From: Candidatus Latescibacterota bacterium
Lineage (GTDB): Bacteria > Latescibacterota > CBDEFO01
Reading direction: 5' to 3'
Length of the DNA stretch: 64,000 nt
NCBI GenBank assembly: GCA_965237525.1
Contig: CBDEFO010000007.1
Location: forward strand, 448,001-512,000
Position numbers and translations under genes: made by a program. Below, one piece after another: positions 10,831-20,197 of the stretch (position 1 is the stretch's first letter; every line of letters starts with the position of its first letter). The notes beneath the pieces were generated by a model. It was not told the DNA's origin, ran no database searches, and worked only from the letters and a program-made list of their open reading frames with translations.

Positions 10831-10879
10831 TGGATATCAAAGTGTCAGAAAGTGTTGAAACCGTGGAAATAGGTTCTTC

Positions 10880-11064
10880 CGCTGGAACACGTATCATCTC
10901 CTTCTACGGCGACGATCTAGCCCGAACCGTTGCTGACTTGGAGGCGAAGCGTAGAGTTCGCAGACAAGATCACGGATGCTGGTTTCTGCCTCATCACTCA
11001 ATGTCGGATGCCAGGCGGAATCGTAGCCGAGCTCTATAAGCCGCGCTACAAACCGGAGTATTAG
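10880..11064 (+). pseudogene. Frameshifted C-terminal fragment of a VOC/glyoxalase-like protein
   Basis: ISFYGDDLARTVADLEAK, then after a frameshift VEFADKITDAGF...MPGGIVAELYKPRY; ends just before an attC. Confidence 0.6.
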
Positions 11065-11073
11065 TAGGTCACG

Positions 11074-11137
11074 GCCTAACAGCGGGATGCAGCTGACGGA
11101 GCGCTTGGCGGTTCCGCGAATGCTCGAAACGTTAGAG
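11074..11137 (+). other. attC site (partly degenerate)
   Basis: GCCTAAC AGCGGGATGCAGCTGAC ... GTTAGAG, 64 bp, directly after a stop codon. Confidence 0.65.
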
Positions 11138-11221
11138 GCGATTAATTAACCGACCATTGTTTCTATTTACTTCGGATGTGTAACAGGTAGTACATAAACT
11201 AAGCTTAAAGGAAGCACACAC

Positions 11222-12268
11222 ATGAAAAGTGTTGTCTCAAGTATCATCGTTTGGAGTATAGTCAGCGCTTTATACTTACTGGTTCGATTTGTGGGTTCCG
11301 AATTCAGACCTGACTGGGCATCTACGAATAAAGCCCTCGTTTCGATGTGGATATTTGCAAGTGTATTCCTGGGTATATCATACTGGTTCAGCTTGGGTCT
11401 ATCTGAAAGACCCAGTGTTCGCAGAAGCTCCTATTTTTACATAATTGTGTATAGAGTCATTATCGTTTTGTTATCGATGGTAATATTAGTTTTCGCTTCA
11501 AGAATGCTGGTAATAATTCAAGACCAAAGTTCCTGGTCACAATTGTTGCCTTCGTTTGCAAGAAGAGTTGCTAAGCCACCTGCCATCGTAGCATTAGCCT
11601 ACTTAGTCACAGCTACTGCTGTACTATCGTTTTTTGACCAGATGGGAAACATGGTGGGGAAACGGGTACTGATAAATCTTATGATGGGTAAGTATCACTT
11701 CCCAAGAGAAGAAAAGCGCATATTTATGTTTTTGGATCTGAAATCCTCAACTACACATGCCGAACGACTCGGACATATCCAGTTTTCCAAACTGATACAG
11801 GACTGTTTCAGTGACCTCACAAACGCCGTAAGAAAGCATGATGTCGAGATATACCAATATGTGGGAGATGAAGTGATACTTACTTGGACAATTGAGGATG
11901 GCATTAGAAATAAAAACTGTATAATGGTATTCTTTGAGTTTCAGAGGGAATTGAAGTCAAAATCAACCTATTACAATGAAAATTACGGAATCGTCCCCGA
12001 ATTTAAGGCCGGCATAAATACAGGTCCAGTTACTGCAGCGGAGGTAGGGGATGTAAAAAGAGATATCGCTTATCTGAGCGATGTTTTGAATACGGCTGCC
12101 AGAATTCAGGGAGAATGCAATAAATACAACGAACCCCTTTTGGTCTCTGCTTACGTGAAAGAGCAACTCCTACAGGATGCAGAGCTTGATTTTGTTCTTC
12201 ACGGAGCCGTGGAGTTACGCGGAAGGATGGAAAAGGTAGAAATATACGGCGTAAATCTGGGGTCCTGA
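11222..12268 (+). CDS. Membrane-anchored class III adenylate/guanylate cyclase domain protein
   Basis: N-terminal TM helices; FLDLKSST, YVGDEV, DVLNTAARIQ and LRGR motifs; AT-rich. Confidence 0.88.
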   Translation: MKSVVSSIIVWSIVSALYLLVRFVGSEFRPDWASTNKALVSMWIFASVFLGISYWFSLGLSERPSVRRSSYFYIIVYRVIIVLLSMVILVFASRMLVIIQDQSSWSQLLPSFARRVAKPPAIVALAYLVTATAVLSFFDQMGNMVGKRVLINLMMGKYHFPREEKRIFMFLDLKSSTTHAERLGHIQFSKLIQDCFSDLTNAVRKHDVEIYQYVGDEVILTWTIEDGIRNKNCIMVFFEFQRELKSKSTYYNENYGIVPEFKAGINTGPVTAAEVGDVKRDIAYLSDVLNTAARIQGECNKYNEPLLVSAYVKEQLLQDAELDFVLHGAVELRGRMEKVEIYGVNLGS

Positions 12269-12646
12269 GATGTCGTCCATAGTTTTCCATTACTCGACTA
12301 TTCGATGAACTTCAGGACAGCGTGTAACGTCAAGTTAGCGCCGCGCAAGGCGGCTTGGGAGATGGTTATGATATTCGCACAGTTCAGGAATTACTCGTCC
12401 ATAAGGATGTCAAAACGACAATGATTTATACTCACGTTCTAAGCCGTTGAATTGGGGTTTTATACAGTCTGTATATAATTCCTACAAGACTTATGCTAAT
12501 TATGACTCAACAGAATGATATTTTTAATATTGCAGGTTTCTTCTTAATATTTCAGTGGGGTCTTATATAGCTCACATAGCTGTATATAGGTTCTTAGCGT
12601 AGAAAACTGTACAAGCCCTAGTTAGGCGCAAACAAGAACGAAGGAG

Positions 12647-13144
12647 ATGATATTGGATCAGATTATTTTAGATAGAATCCTGCCATTTAATTTAGCACTG
12701 AGTACGATCATATTTTACTGGGCAGCAATGATATATTTGATGCCAAAGTTAAAAGAAATATCTGCTGCAGCTATATTTGTTCCAATATTGATATTGCATT
12801 CGCTGAGACATCTTGGTCTTATGTTTATGACATCTGGTGCGGTGTATGAAGGCATGCCCCCACAATTTGCGTACCCTTCTGGGATTGGTGACTTTATATC
12901 AGCATTACTGGCGCTGTTTGCGTTATATGCAATTAGGCAAGATAAGCTGTTTAAGATAACAGCTATGTGGGTGTTTAATGTGGTTGGCACAATTGACCTT
13001 ACATACGCCATTTCTATGGGAGCACTACACAACATTGGGCCATATATGGGTGCTTCATACTGGATACCATCATTTTGGGTTCCTGCCCTTCTAGTCACCC
13101 ATTATATTGTGTTTAAGAAACTGTTATTGGATAAGTCAGTATAA
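12647..13144 (+). CDS. Hypothetical multi-pass membrane protein (gene cassette)
   Basis: Hydrophobic 165-aa ORF with AAGGAG RBS, bounded by GTTAGGCGC (12621) and GCGCCTAAC (13145). Confidence 0.75.
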   Translation: MILDQIILDRILPFNLALSTIIFYWAAMIYLMPKLKEISAAAIFVPILILHSLRHLGLMFMTSGAVYEGMPPQFAYPSGIGDFISALLALFALYAIRQDKLFKITAMWVFNVVGTIDLTYAISMGALHNIGPYMGASYWIPSFWVPALLVTHYIVFKKLLLDKSV

Positions 13145-13146
13145 GC

Positions 13147-13218
13147 GCCTAACAAGACGCTGCACCTGAGCGCTATTCCGCTACGCTCCATAGCGGCAGG
13201 TGAGCTTGGACGTTAGGG
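13147..13218 (+). other. attC site (intact)
   Basis: GCCTAAC AAGACGCTGCACCTGA..GCTAT..ATAGCGGCAGGTGAGCTTGGAC GTTAGGG; imperfect palindrome with R''/R' core sites. Confidence 0.88.
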
Positions 13219-13241
13219 CGCGCACCAGCACGAATAACTTT

Positions 13242-13715
13242 ATGAACGTGGAAGCATCATCAGGGCTTGGAATCCGTATTCCGCCGCCACTAATCTACCT
13301 GGCGGCGCTCGCTATAGGATCCGTGCTCAATTACCTATGGCCTACGTCGCCTTTATCAGGCTCCTTGAGATACGTTATCGGGTCGGTTGTTATTTCCGTT
13401 AATTTGCTAATAATGCCGTCCGTCCTCAGGCGCTTTCGTCGAGCGGGTACACCGTTCTTCAACCTACGGAAGCCGGCCTCGGCTTTGATTAGGGAGGGAC
13501 TCTATCGGTTCTCGCGTAATCCTTCCTATGTATCGTTGACGCTTTTGTACTTGGGTATTGGAATCCTCCTTAACAATGGCTGGATCTTAATCTTGGTGGC
13601 ACCAGTGTTCCTTGTGATAGATCTGTGGGTGGTGCGTAGAGAGGAACGTCACCTGGAGGCCAAATTTGGTGAGGAATTTTTGCGTTACAAGGCTGCTGTC
13701 CGTCGGTGGCTATGA
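13242..13715 (+). CDS. Isoprenylcysteine carboxylmethyltransferase (PEMT/ICMT) family membrane protein (gene cassette)
   Basis: RIPPPLIY, GLYRFSRNPSY and EERHLEAKFGEEFLRYKAAVRRWL motifs; followed by attC left arm GCCCTAAC at 13725. Confidence 0.88.
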   Translation: MNVEASSGLGIRIPPPLIYLAALAIGSVLNYLWPTSPLSGSLRYVIGSVVISVNLLIMPSVLRRFRRAGTPFFNLRKPASALIREGLYRFSRNPSYVSLTLLYLGIGILLNNGWILILVAPVFLVIDLWVVRREERHLEAKFGEEFLRYKAAVRRWL

Positions 13716-13789
13716 ACACGCGTGGCCCTAACACTCGCTGCAGCCGACCGTTGGGCGGGCTTTCTGTTCATCTCCGGAGTTGGACTGAA

Positions 13790-14010
13790 GATAGGGCGTA
13801 TTCAATTTATACCTTGGCCCAGAAACCAGAGTTTCGCCACCAGATCGACCGACTGAGCGACGAAGCCTGGCCTCCCTTTCTGCTGCATGGCAATATCTAC
13901 CACTGGCATCTGTTGTTCGAAATGTTCCCGGATTATCAACTCTTGCTTTGCGATTCAGCGGATACCTTGATTGCCGTGGGCCAAGCGGTTCCCTTCATCT
14001 GGGATGGGAG
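13790..14010 (+). pseudogene. Truncated gene fragment, possibly the N-terminus of an acetyltransferase-like protein
   Basis: YTLAQKPEF...EAWPPFLLH...FPDYQLLL...AVPFIWDG reads as protein, then is cut by unrelated sequence. Confidence 0.35.
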
Positions 14011-14033
14011 TTTCATACCGCTCCCTCACTTAG

Positions 14034-14414
14034 AAAAGAGCCATTGGACTCGAAGATACAAGGGAGCTTGTTTTTGACGTAATTAGAAAAGCTTGTGATT
14101 CGTTCGAGTATCCATTTGAGATAGTTCGAGCCGAGCAACAGATTAGGGCTATCGATCTGTCCAGCAACATTCAGGAAAGTATTAAATCTTCGGATATGGT
14201 TCTAGCAGAACTCTCGGAGAGAAATCAAAATGTCTATTTTGAAGCGGGACTGGCAATGGCACTTAATAAGCCGCAAATATTAATTACCCAGTCGCCAGAT
14301 ATTATTCCATCAAATCTATCAAGGCTATTATATATACAATATACACTAAATAAGGAAGGTCTCGAATATTCGGTAGATAGGCTGAGCTTAGCCGTTAGCC
14401 AGAGAAGACCATGA
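14034..14414 (+). pseudogene. Fragment of a nucleoside 2-deoxyribosyltransferase/TIR-like domain
   Basis: IKSSDMVLAELSERNQNVYFEAGLAMALNKPQILITQ; no proper start; runs into the attC right arm GCTGAGCTTAGCCGTTAGCC (14381-14400). Confidence 0.55.
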
Positions 14415-15166
14415 AGAAATGCGTAATAGTAACCGGTGGTGCAAGTGGAATCGGGAGGTCAGTAGCTGAAGCCTTGAGTCAAGAAGGGCATAACGTCGTC
14501 GTTGCTGACAGGACGGAGGAGGAGGGTCTTTCGGTAACCGAAAAGGTCGGTGGTTATTTTGTCAACGTTGATCTGACTGAACGCGAATCGTGCCGACACT
14601 TGGTCGATGCAACGGTTAGCGAATACGGAAGAGTCGACATCCTGGTAAACAATGCGGGGTTTCAGCATGTCTCTCCGCTTGAGGATTTTCCAGAAGAAAA
14701 ATGGGATCAAATGTTGAGAGTGATGCTGACAGCGCCCTTTCTGCTGACCAAATATGTGTGGCCCCACATGAAAACTCAAGAATGGGGTCGTGTTGTGAAC
14801 ATCGCCTCAATATATGGACTGGTTGCTTCCCAGAACAAGGTTGGATATATATCAGTCAAACATGGTCTAATAGGATTGACCCGTACGGCCGCCCTTGAAG
14901 GTGGGGCTCATGGGATAACCGTAAATGCCCTTTGTCCAGCCTATGTACGGACTCCCTTAGTTGAAAACCAAATCGCCGATCAGGCCAAAATACACCAGAT
15001 TCGTGAAGAAGAGGTAGTGGCGAACATCATGCTCAAATCAGCTGCCATAAAGAAATTAATAGAACCAAAGGAAGTTGCCGACCTTGTGCTCTATCTTTGT
15101 TCTGAAAAAGGCGTATCAATAACTGGAGCATGTTGGACGATTGATTGTGGCTGGACAGTCCAATAA
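14411..15166 (+). CDS. bdhA: 3-hydroxybutyrate dehydrogenase (SDR)
   Basis: NNAGFQHVSPLEDFPEEKW, KHGLIGLT and CPAYVRTPLVENQI signature. Confidence 0.8.
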   Translation: MKKCVIVTGGASGIGRSVAEALSQEGHNVVVADRTEEEGLSVTEKVGGYFVNVDLTERESCRHLVDATVSEYGRVDILVNNAGFQHVSPLEDFPEEKWDQMLRVMLTAPFLLTKYVWPHMKTQEWGRVVNIASIYGLVASQNKVGYISVKHGLIGLTRTAALEGGAHGITVNALCPAYVRTPLVENQIADQAKIHQIREEEVVANIMLKSAAIKKLIEPKEVADLVLYLCSEKGVSITGACWTIDCGWTVQ

Positions 15167-15323
15167 CAGAGTACCGTCAACAAGCGTCCTAACAACGGGA
15201 TGCACCTGACTGAGCGATGAGGGACAATTATATTCCCCCTCTGCGAGGCCGGGATGTCCCACATGCGCCTGCCAGGACACTGCTCACAACAGGTGAGTGG
15301 TACTCACCGCGAAGGGATATCGT

Positions 15324-16295
15324 ATGGAATATCGCGTGCTCGGCAATACAGGACTAAAAGTGTCGAGGATTGGTCTCGGCACAGCCGGTCTGGGTAGTGC
15401 GGAGCTGCCAGATGCCCACGTGGAAAAGGTGCTCAATGAGGCCTTGGCCCTGGGCATCAACTTCCTTGACACTGCTGCACTCTATGGTCTGAGTGAACAG
15501 CGCATTGGCAGGTTGCTGACTCAGCGAAAGGATGAATTCACCATCGCTACCAAGTGCGGCAGCTATTGGGTGGAAAGTGACGGCAGACGAGAGATCGCCG
15601 AAGACTATACGCGCGAAGGTATCCTCCGGACTGTGGACCAAAGCAGGCAGAAGCTGCGTGTGGATATGATCGATCTGGTGCAGTTCCACGGCCTTCCCCC
15701 CGTGGGACAGGTGGAGCAAGCCTTCGAGGTTCTTCTGGGCCTTAGGGAGAGGGGCTGGGCCCGCTTCGTCGGGGTTTCGGCTGATGGGCCTGCGGCCGGG
15801 GCCTTTGTCGGGAAGCCAACCGGTGAGCTAGATGCCGCTGAACTCGTTCGGCAGTGGCCGGTGGACACCTGGCAGTTCACCTACAACTTTCTGTCTCAGG
15901 AAGCGGTCACTGAGCTGATTCCGGCGCTTCAGGAAAGCGGAGTTGGCACCATCGTAAAGCGGCCAATCTCAAATGTAGTGTGGGACCTGAAGGAAGAACC
16001 CGAGGACGACTTCTATCGGAAGCCGTGGCAGCGGGCTCGCCAGTTGCCTCTGGAAGAACTCGCAGGAGACTTATCCATGGTGGAATTTGCGTTGCACTTC
16101 ACACTCTCACACGCTGATGTAGATACAGCTCTTCTCGGCTCGACGAACTCTCAACATGTGGCGGAGGCCGTGCGGTTCTCGAAAAGGGGGCCGCTGCCGG
16201 ATGAAACGCTCGAGAGAGCCAGAGGCCTCTTTGATGGTGTCCGATGGGTAGCGAGACGGTCAAGGCCGGTCTCCGGATGCCAGGCCGCTTTTTAG
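15324..16295 (+). CDS. Aldo/keto reductase
   Basis: MEYRVLGNTGLKVSRIGLGT, GINFLDTAALYG, IATKCG and IDLVQFH motifs. Confidence 0.92.
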   Translation: MEYRVLGNTGLKVSRIGLGTAGLGSAELPDAHVEKVLNEALALGINFLDTAALYGLSEQRIGRLLTQRKDEFTIATKCGSYWVESDGRREIAEDYTREGILRTVDQSRQKLRVDMIDLVQFHGLPPVGQVEQAFEVLLGLRERGWARFVGVSADGPAAGAFVGKPTGELDAAELVRQWPVDTWQFTYNFLSQEAVTELIPALQESGVGTIVKRPISNVVWDLKEEPEDDFYRKPWQRARQLPLEELAGDLSMVEFALHFTLSHADVDTALLGSTNSQHVAEAVRFSKRGPLPDETLERARGLFDGVRWVARRSRPVSGCQAAF

Positions 16296-16302
16296 TAGAC
16301 TG

Positions 16303-16327
16303 GTCCCCGAATGAATCTATCGGGGAC
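16303..16327. repeat. Short palindromic repeat (PIDSIG element)
   Basis: GTCCCCGAATGAATCTATCGGGGAC; a degenerate second copy lies at about 16379-16402. Confidence 0.8.
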
Positions 16328-16420
16328 AGGGGCACCGCGTCCCATCCCAGCTTGGGTCATTGCGAGTCACAGATTGAACCCCCAATAAATTCAATTGGTG
16401 GTTGGGGGCAGGTAGAGCCA

Positions 16421-16606
16421 CTACTCAAAGGGGGCATATTTGCATCTCTTGAAGTAGCTCAAGACACTGCTTCTGGGTAGGAGGAACTGTTTCCCCGGTT
16501 TGTGGCTGCGACCAATCCAGACTCTATAAACATTGTGCACGTGCCTTTCCAAGCACCTTAAGAACTGGGCTTCCTCTTTGACTGTAACGAGGTCTTAAAC
16601 ATTCAT
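16421..16606 (-). pseudogene. Excisionase-like HTH (HTH_17) pseudogene
   Basis: GGGAGG RBS; MNV*DLVTVKEEAQFLRCLERHVHN..(shift)..KPGKQFLLPRSSVLSY. Confidence 0.55.
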
Positions 16607-17033
16607 TTTTTCCTCCCTTGAGAAAACGTTCCCTGGCTATTACGTTTTTTTGTCCAGGGAGACTGAAGAGATTGAAGGGTTTTCTATGAACTTTTCCAGA
16701 AAAAAGAAAAAATGTTTTTGAAAAAGTTACTGTCTAAGGGTTCAAACCCTTCAGTCCTTCACTATTCTCTCTATGTTTTTGAAGCCGGAAACCACGATAG
16801 TAAACGCTACCGCCGTTCCTCTATCCCAGCCCGCGAAGCCCGGCTCATCAGGTGGATATTGGAATAAAGGGCCCACATCTGGAGAAGCCAATTGGCCGGT
16901 CGCGGCAGGCTGACAACTCGGATCTTAACTCGCTGGAAGGAGATGGAACATGAGAAAACGCAGCATAGTTGCCTATACGGTCCTAGCCGTCGCATTAACA
17001 GCTCTTGATGTCAATGGAGAGGGGTAAGCTAAC

Positions 17034-19571
17034 ATGCAGGATAATTCAGGTGCACCCATGGAGTGGATGAAACTGGATCGAGACAAGGGCTACGTAGTAT
17101 TCAATTACGGTACGCTTAAGAACCTGCCGCCTTCGCACGTACCCACTCCGGATGACGTTGCGAAGGAGGTTTCATGCGCGTTAGCCAGGGATGAGTACGA
17201 GTCTATTCAGTTCGGCGTGCACGCGCTGTCGGACGACATCAAAGATATACAGGTGAAGGTGGAATCAGACCTGCAAGTGACCATTTATCATCGGATCAGC
17301 CCGCGTGTTAAAGAAAAACTGGCATCCGAACCAGCCGAATTGGATGAGATTGCGCGGCGGACACCAAGTCAGATACATCTGCAGCGAGGGAACGTGTTTG
17401 AAGAGCTTCCGACAGGTCAGAGCGTCAACTTCTGGCTTACGTTCAGGGCGGATGCCGAGACGACAGAGGGTCTGCACCGGGGGAAGGTCCGGATAGAAGC
17501 TGTGGGCAGGCGGGGGACTGTGCTGGATCTCGAGGTGAAGGTGCGGCCGTTCCAGCTTCAGCGCCCCAGAGTGCCGTTTGGCGTGTACTTTCGAGAAGAC
17601 ATGCTTCCGAAACGTTTTGGGGGCTTGGCGACGCCGAAGGAATCGGTACTGGCCATGTACCGGGACATGGCGGAGCACGGCCACAATTCCAGTTGGTTCT
17701 ACCCGACCGGAAGCTTTCGCGACTTGCCGCCCAGGAACGGCCATGCGCTTGATAAGCTGATCCCGCTGGCCCAGCAGGCCGGCCTCCTTGACCCGGAAGT
17801 GCCCAGCTTTATCTGCGGCGGAATTCCCGGGGGCCTCAATGATGAGCAACTGAAGGCGGCGGCTGCCTGGTTGGAAGCCGAGCGAAGGCAACGGGGATGG
17901 CCTGAGTTGATTGTATTTGGCACGGACGAGCCGAGTTACCCGCGGGACTATGATGCTGTCAGCAGAGAGTTGAGGAATCTGCGCGGTTTTCCCGTGCGTG
18001 TGGCCGTGGATCTGTCCGGAACGTCGGCATACGGGTATGGCGGCGATCTTTGCGACATCCAGAACGTGATGGATGGAATGATCTCGCCTGAGATGCTGGA
18101 CGAGGCGAGACGCATAGGAACGGAAATCTGGACATATTCGTTTCGCATATGGCGAGAGGATTTCCATCCTTTCCGCCAGCGCTACTTTGCGGGCCTCTAC
18201 ACCTGGACATACCAGCTCGGGGGCAATTGGGTCTGGGCGTATCACCACGGCCCTCACCGGCATGTCTGGTTTGCGCCTGAGAGTCACGAGCCGATGCCCG
18301 TAACTGCCTGGGAGGCCCGGCGGGAAGGGATTGATGACTACCGATACCTGCAGATGGTCGAGGACTGCGTTGCGGCCAATCCAGACGAGACACTGGCGAT
18401 TGAAGCGTCAGCGTGGTTGCAGGCCCTGAGGGTCCGTCTTTCGGCCACCGTTCCCAACGAAGTGGAGGTCGGCAAGCCTCTGGAGCTTGATGAATACGAC
18501 CAGATTCGAGCCAGGGCGGCCGACTATATCCAGAGGCTGGGTCCTGTTTCGAACGAGGCTGTAGCTCGTCCGCCGATATCGCACGCCAAGGATGAGGCAG
18601 CATCTTACCGGGGTAAGTCGGTGAGACAGTGTATCGCCGGCCTGGCCAGTTCGGATGTGTCAGAACGTCGCGCTGCTGCCTGGGCACTCTTTGAGCTAGG
18701 ACCGAAAGCGGCGCAGGCCGCAGAGCCGCTGGCCCGGTTGCTTGATGATCCCGAGGTGCGAATACCCGCCCTGCACGCACTTGAGCACATCGGTCCGGAG
18801 GCATTTCGGGTAGTGCCCGAGATAGTACGGCTACTGAATCATCCCGATTTCTACGTTCGTGTGGGTGCCGTCTTGGCTCTGGGTGAGATCGGGTGCCCGT
18901 TGAATAAACGCGACCGCAGCGGGCGCAGATCGCCTTCGGAATGGGTCGCGATCGTCGCCGAACCGTTGATGGTCACCTACCGAGATGATGATGCATCGCT
19001 GTCATCCCAGGCCGCGGGAATGCTCTCCGTCATGGAGAATCTAGCCAAGCCCGTTCTGGCGGAGGCGATCACAATGCTCGATGACCCTTCTCACAGGCGT
19101 CAAAGCGCAGCAATCGGCCTCATCACTGGACTGGGTCCGGATGCCGCAGCAGCAGTGCCAAAGCTTATCGAAATGCACGAGAACAAATCTGAGGACATCA
19201 GGTACATTAACACGCTGGCTGCTATCGGTCCGGCTGCCAAATCGGCCATTCCGGTTCTGGAAGAATACGCTGCAAAGGAGGACTCCGGTCCTAACCGGGC
19301 AGAGTCATACTATGCGCTTTTCTGTATCCGGAATGAGCTTTCCGACCTCCGGAAAATGGTCGAATTGCTAAAGGACGCGGATGAGGACCTCGAGACGAAG
19401 AAGCGGGTTGTAAAGCTGCTCAATGAACTGGGAGCGAAGGCCGCACCTGTTGCGGATGAGATCCGCCAGATGGTCGAGTCGGGGAAGTTTTCCGATTGGG
19501 AAGAGGACCTGGAGTCTTTCCTTGACAAAGTGAAAAGGGGAGAGGTGCCGGGTGTTTCTTTCAGGTGGTAG
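17034..19571 (+). CDS. G2: GH123/DUF4091-like plus HEAT protein; its signal peptide (ATG 16950) is cut off by an in-frame TAA at 17025
   Basis: FGTDEPSYP, WEARREGIDDYRYLQM, HEAT repeats; GGG TAA GCT here versus GGG GAA GCC in G1. Confidence 0.7.
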   Translation: MQDNSGAPMEWMKLDRDKGYVVFNYGTLKNLPPSHVPTPDDVAKEVSCALARDEYESIQFGVHALSDDIKDIQVKVESDLQVTIYHRISPRVKEKLASEPAELDEIARRTPSQIHLQRGNVFEELPTGQSVNFWLTFRADAETTEGLHRGKVRIEAVGRRGTVLDLEVKVRPFQLQRPRVPFGVYFREDMLPKRFGGLATPKESVLAMYRDMAEHGHNSSWFYPTGSFRDLPPRNGHALDKLIPLAQQAGLLDPEVPSFICGGIPGGLNDEQLKAAAAWLEAERRQRGWPELIVFGTDEPSYPRDYDAVSRELRNLRGFPVRVAVDLSGTSAYGYGGDLCDIQNVMDGMISPEMLDEARRIGTEIWTYSFRIWREDFHPFRQRYFAGLYTWTYQLGGNWVWAYHHGPHRHVWFAPESHEPMPVTAWEARREGIDDYRYLQMVEDCVAANPDETLAIEASAWLQALRVRLSATVPNEVEVGKPLELDEYDQIRARAADYIQRLGPVSNEAVARPPISHAKDEAASYRGKSVRQCIAGLASSDVSERRAAAWALFELGPKAAQAAEPLARLLDDPEVRIPALHALEHIGPEAFRVVPEIVRLLNHPDFYVRVGAVLALGEIGCPLNKRDRSGRRSPSEWVAIVAEPLMVTYRDDDASLSSQAAGMLSVMENLAKPVLAEAITMLDDPSHRRQSAAIGLITGLGPDAAAAVPKLIEMHENKSEDIRYINTLAAIGPAAKSAIPVLEEYAAKEDSGPNRAESYYALFCIRNELSDLRKMVELLKDADEDLETKKRVVKLLNELGAKAAPVADEIRQMVESGKFSDWEEDLESFLDKVKRGEVPGVSFRW

Positions 19572-20197
19572 TCCTGATGTCACTTTGGAATTGCTGGCCG
19601 AATCAGACGGGACGGTTCTATTTGATCGAATTGCCGTCAACTGCCCCGTCAAGATAGGCAATGGCTTGCATAAAAAACCTCTATCAGTTCCTGTGCGGTT
19701 GGTCAGTTGTTTCCATGTCATTGGAGGCGAACAAAGAGATCAGGGCCAATAGCATTCGGCGTGCTCATTGCTGCCCGGCGTTCAGGGTCGAATTTTGATT
19801 GTGCCGGCATAGATGCTGGTTATGGGCTTGGTGGCGTGGGCGATCCTGGCGCCGTTTGTCGCCTTGGCGGAGGCCGGCGAGGTCAAAGTGACCGTACCCA
19901 GACAACCGAATCTGGAGGTAATTGATCTCTTCACCAACAAGGTAGTGGCTCGCCTCGACGCCGGACCTTCGACGTCAAGCTTAGACGGAACTTCCAGGGG
20001 AGGCTCTACCACCTGCGGCTGGCAGGTAACTGATAGCTCTTGTTTTGAAGGTGAACTCATGTCCCGGCCTAGCAAACCGGATCATCAGGTGGATATTGGA
20101 ATAAAGGGGAAATAAACGGCCCATATCTGGGAAAGCGAGTTGTCCGGTCGCAGCGTGCGGACAACTCGGATCTTAACTCGCTGGAAGGAGATGCAAC
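19572..20197 (+). repeat. Array spacer module (dead gene end plus conserved leader); other copies at 25757-26195 and 28740-29362, partial copies at 2671-2730+4033-4296 and 16845-16949
   Basis: Shared blocks such as GAGGTCAAAGTGACCGTACC, CAGGTGGATATTGGAATAAAGGG and CGGATCTTAACTCGCTGGA. Confidence 0.9.

Noticed and set aside
17265..18287. Long antisense ORFs (also 23510-24472, 27075-27935, 48710-49672)
   Set aside because: Shadows of GC-rich coding sequence on the opposite strand, with no recognisable motifs
19813..20115. Duplicated 100-aa ORF (also 28978-29280) as a small secreted partner protein
   Set aside because: Comparison with the copies at 4033 and 26101 shows its second half results from a 7-bp deletion in a dead gene end
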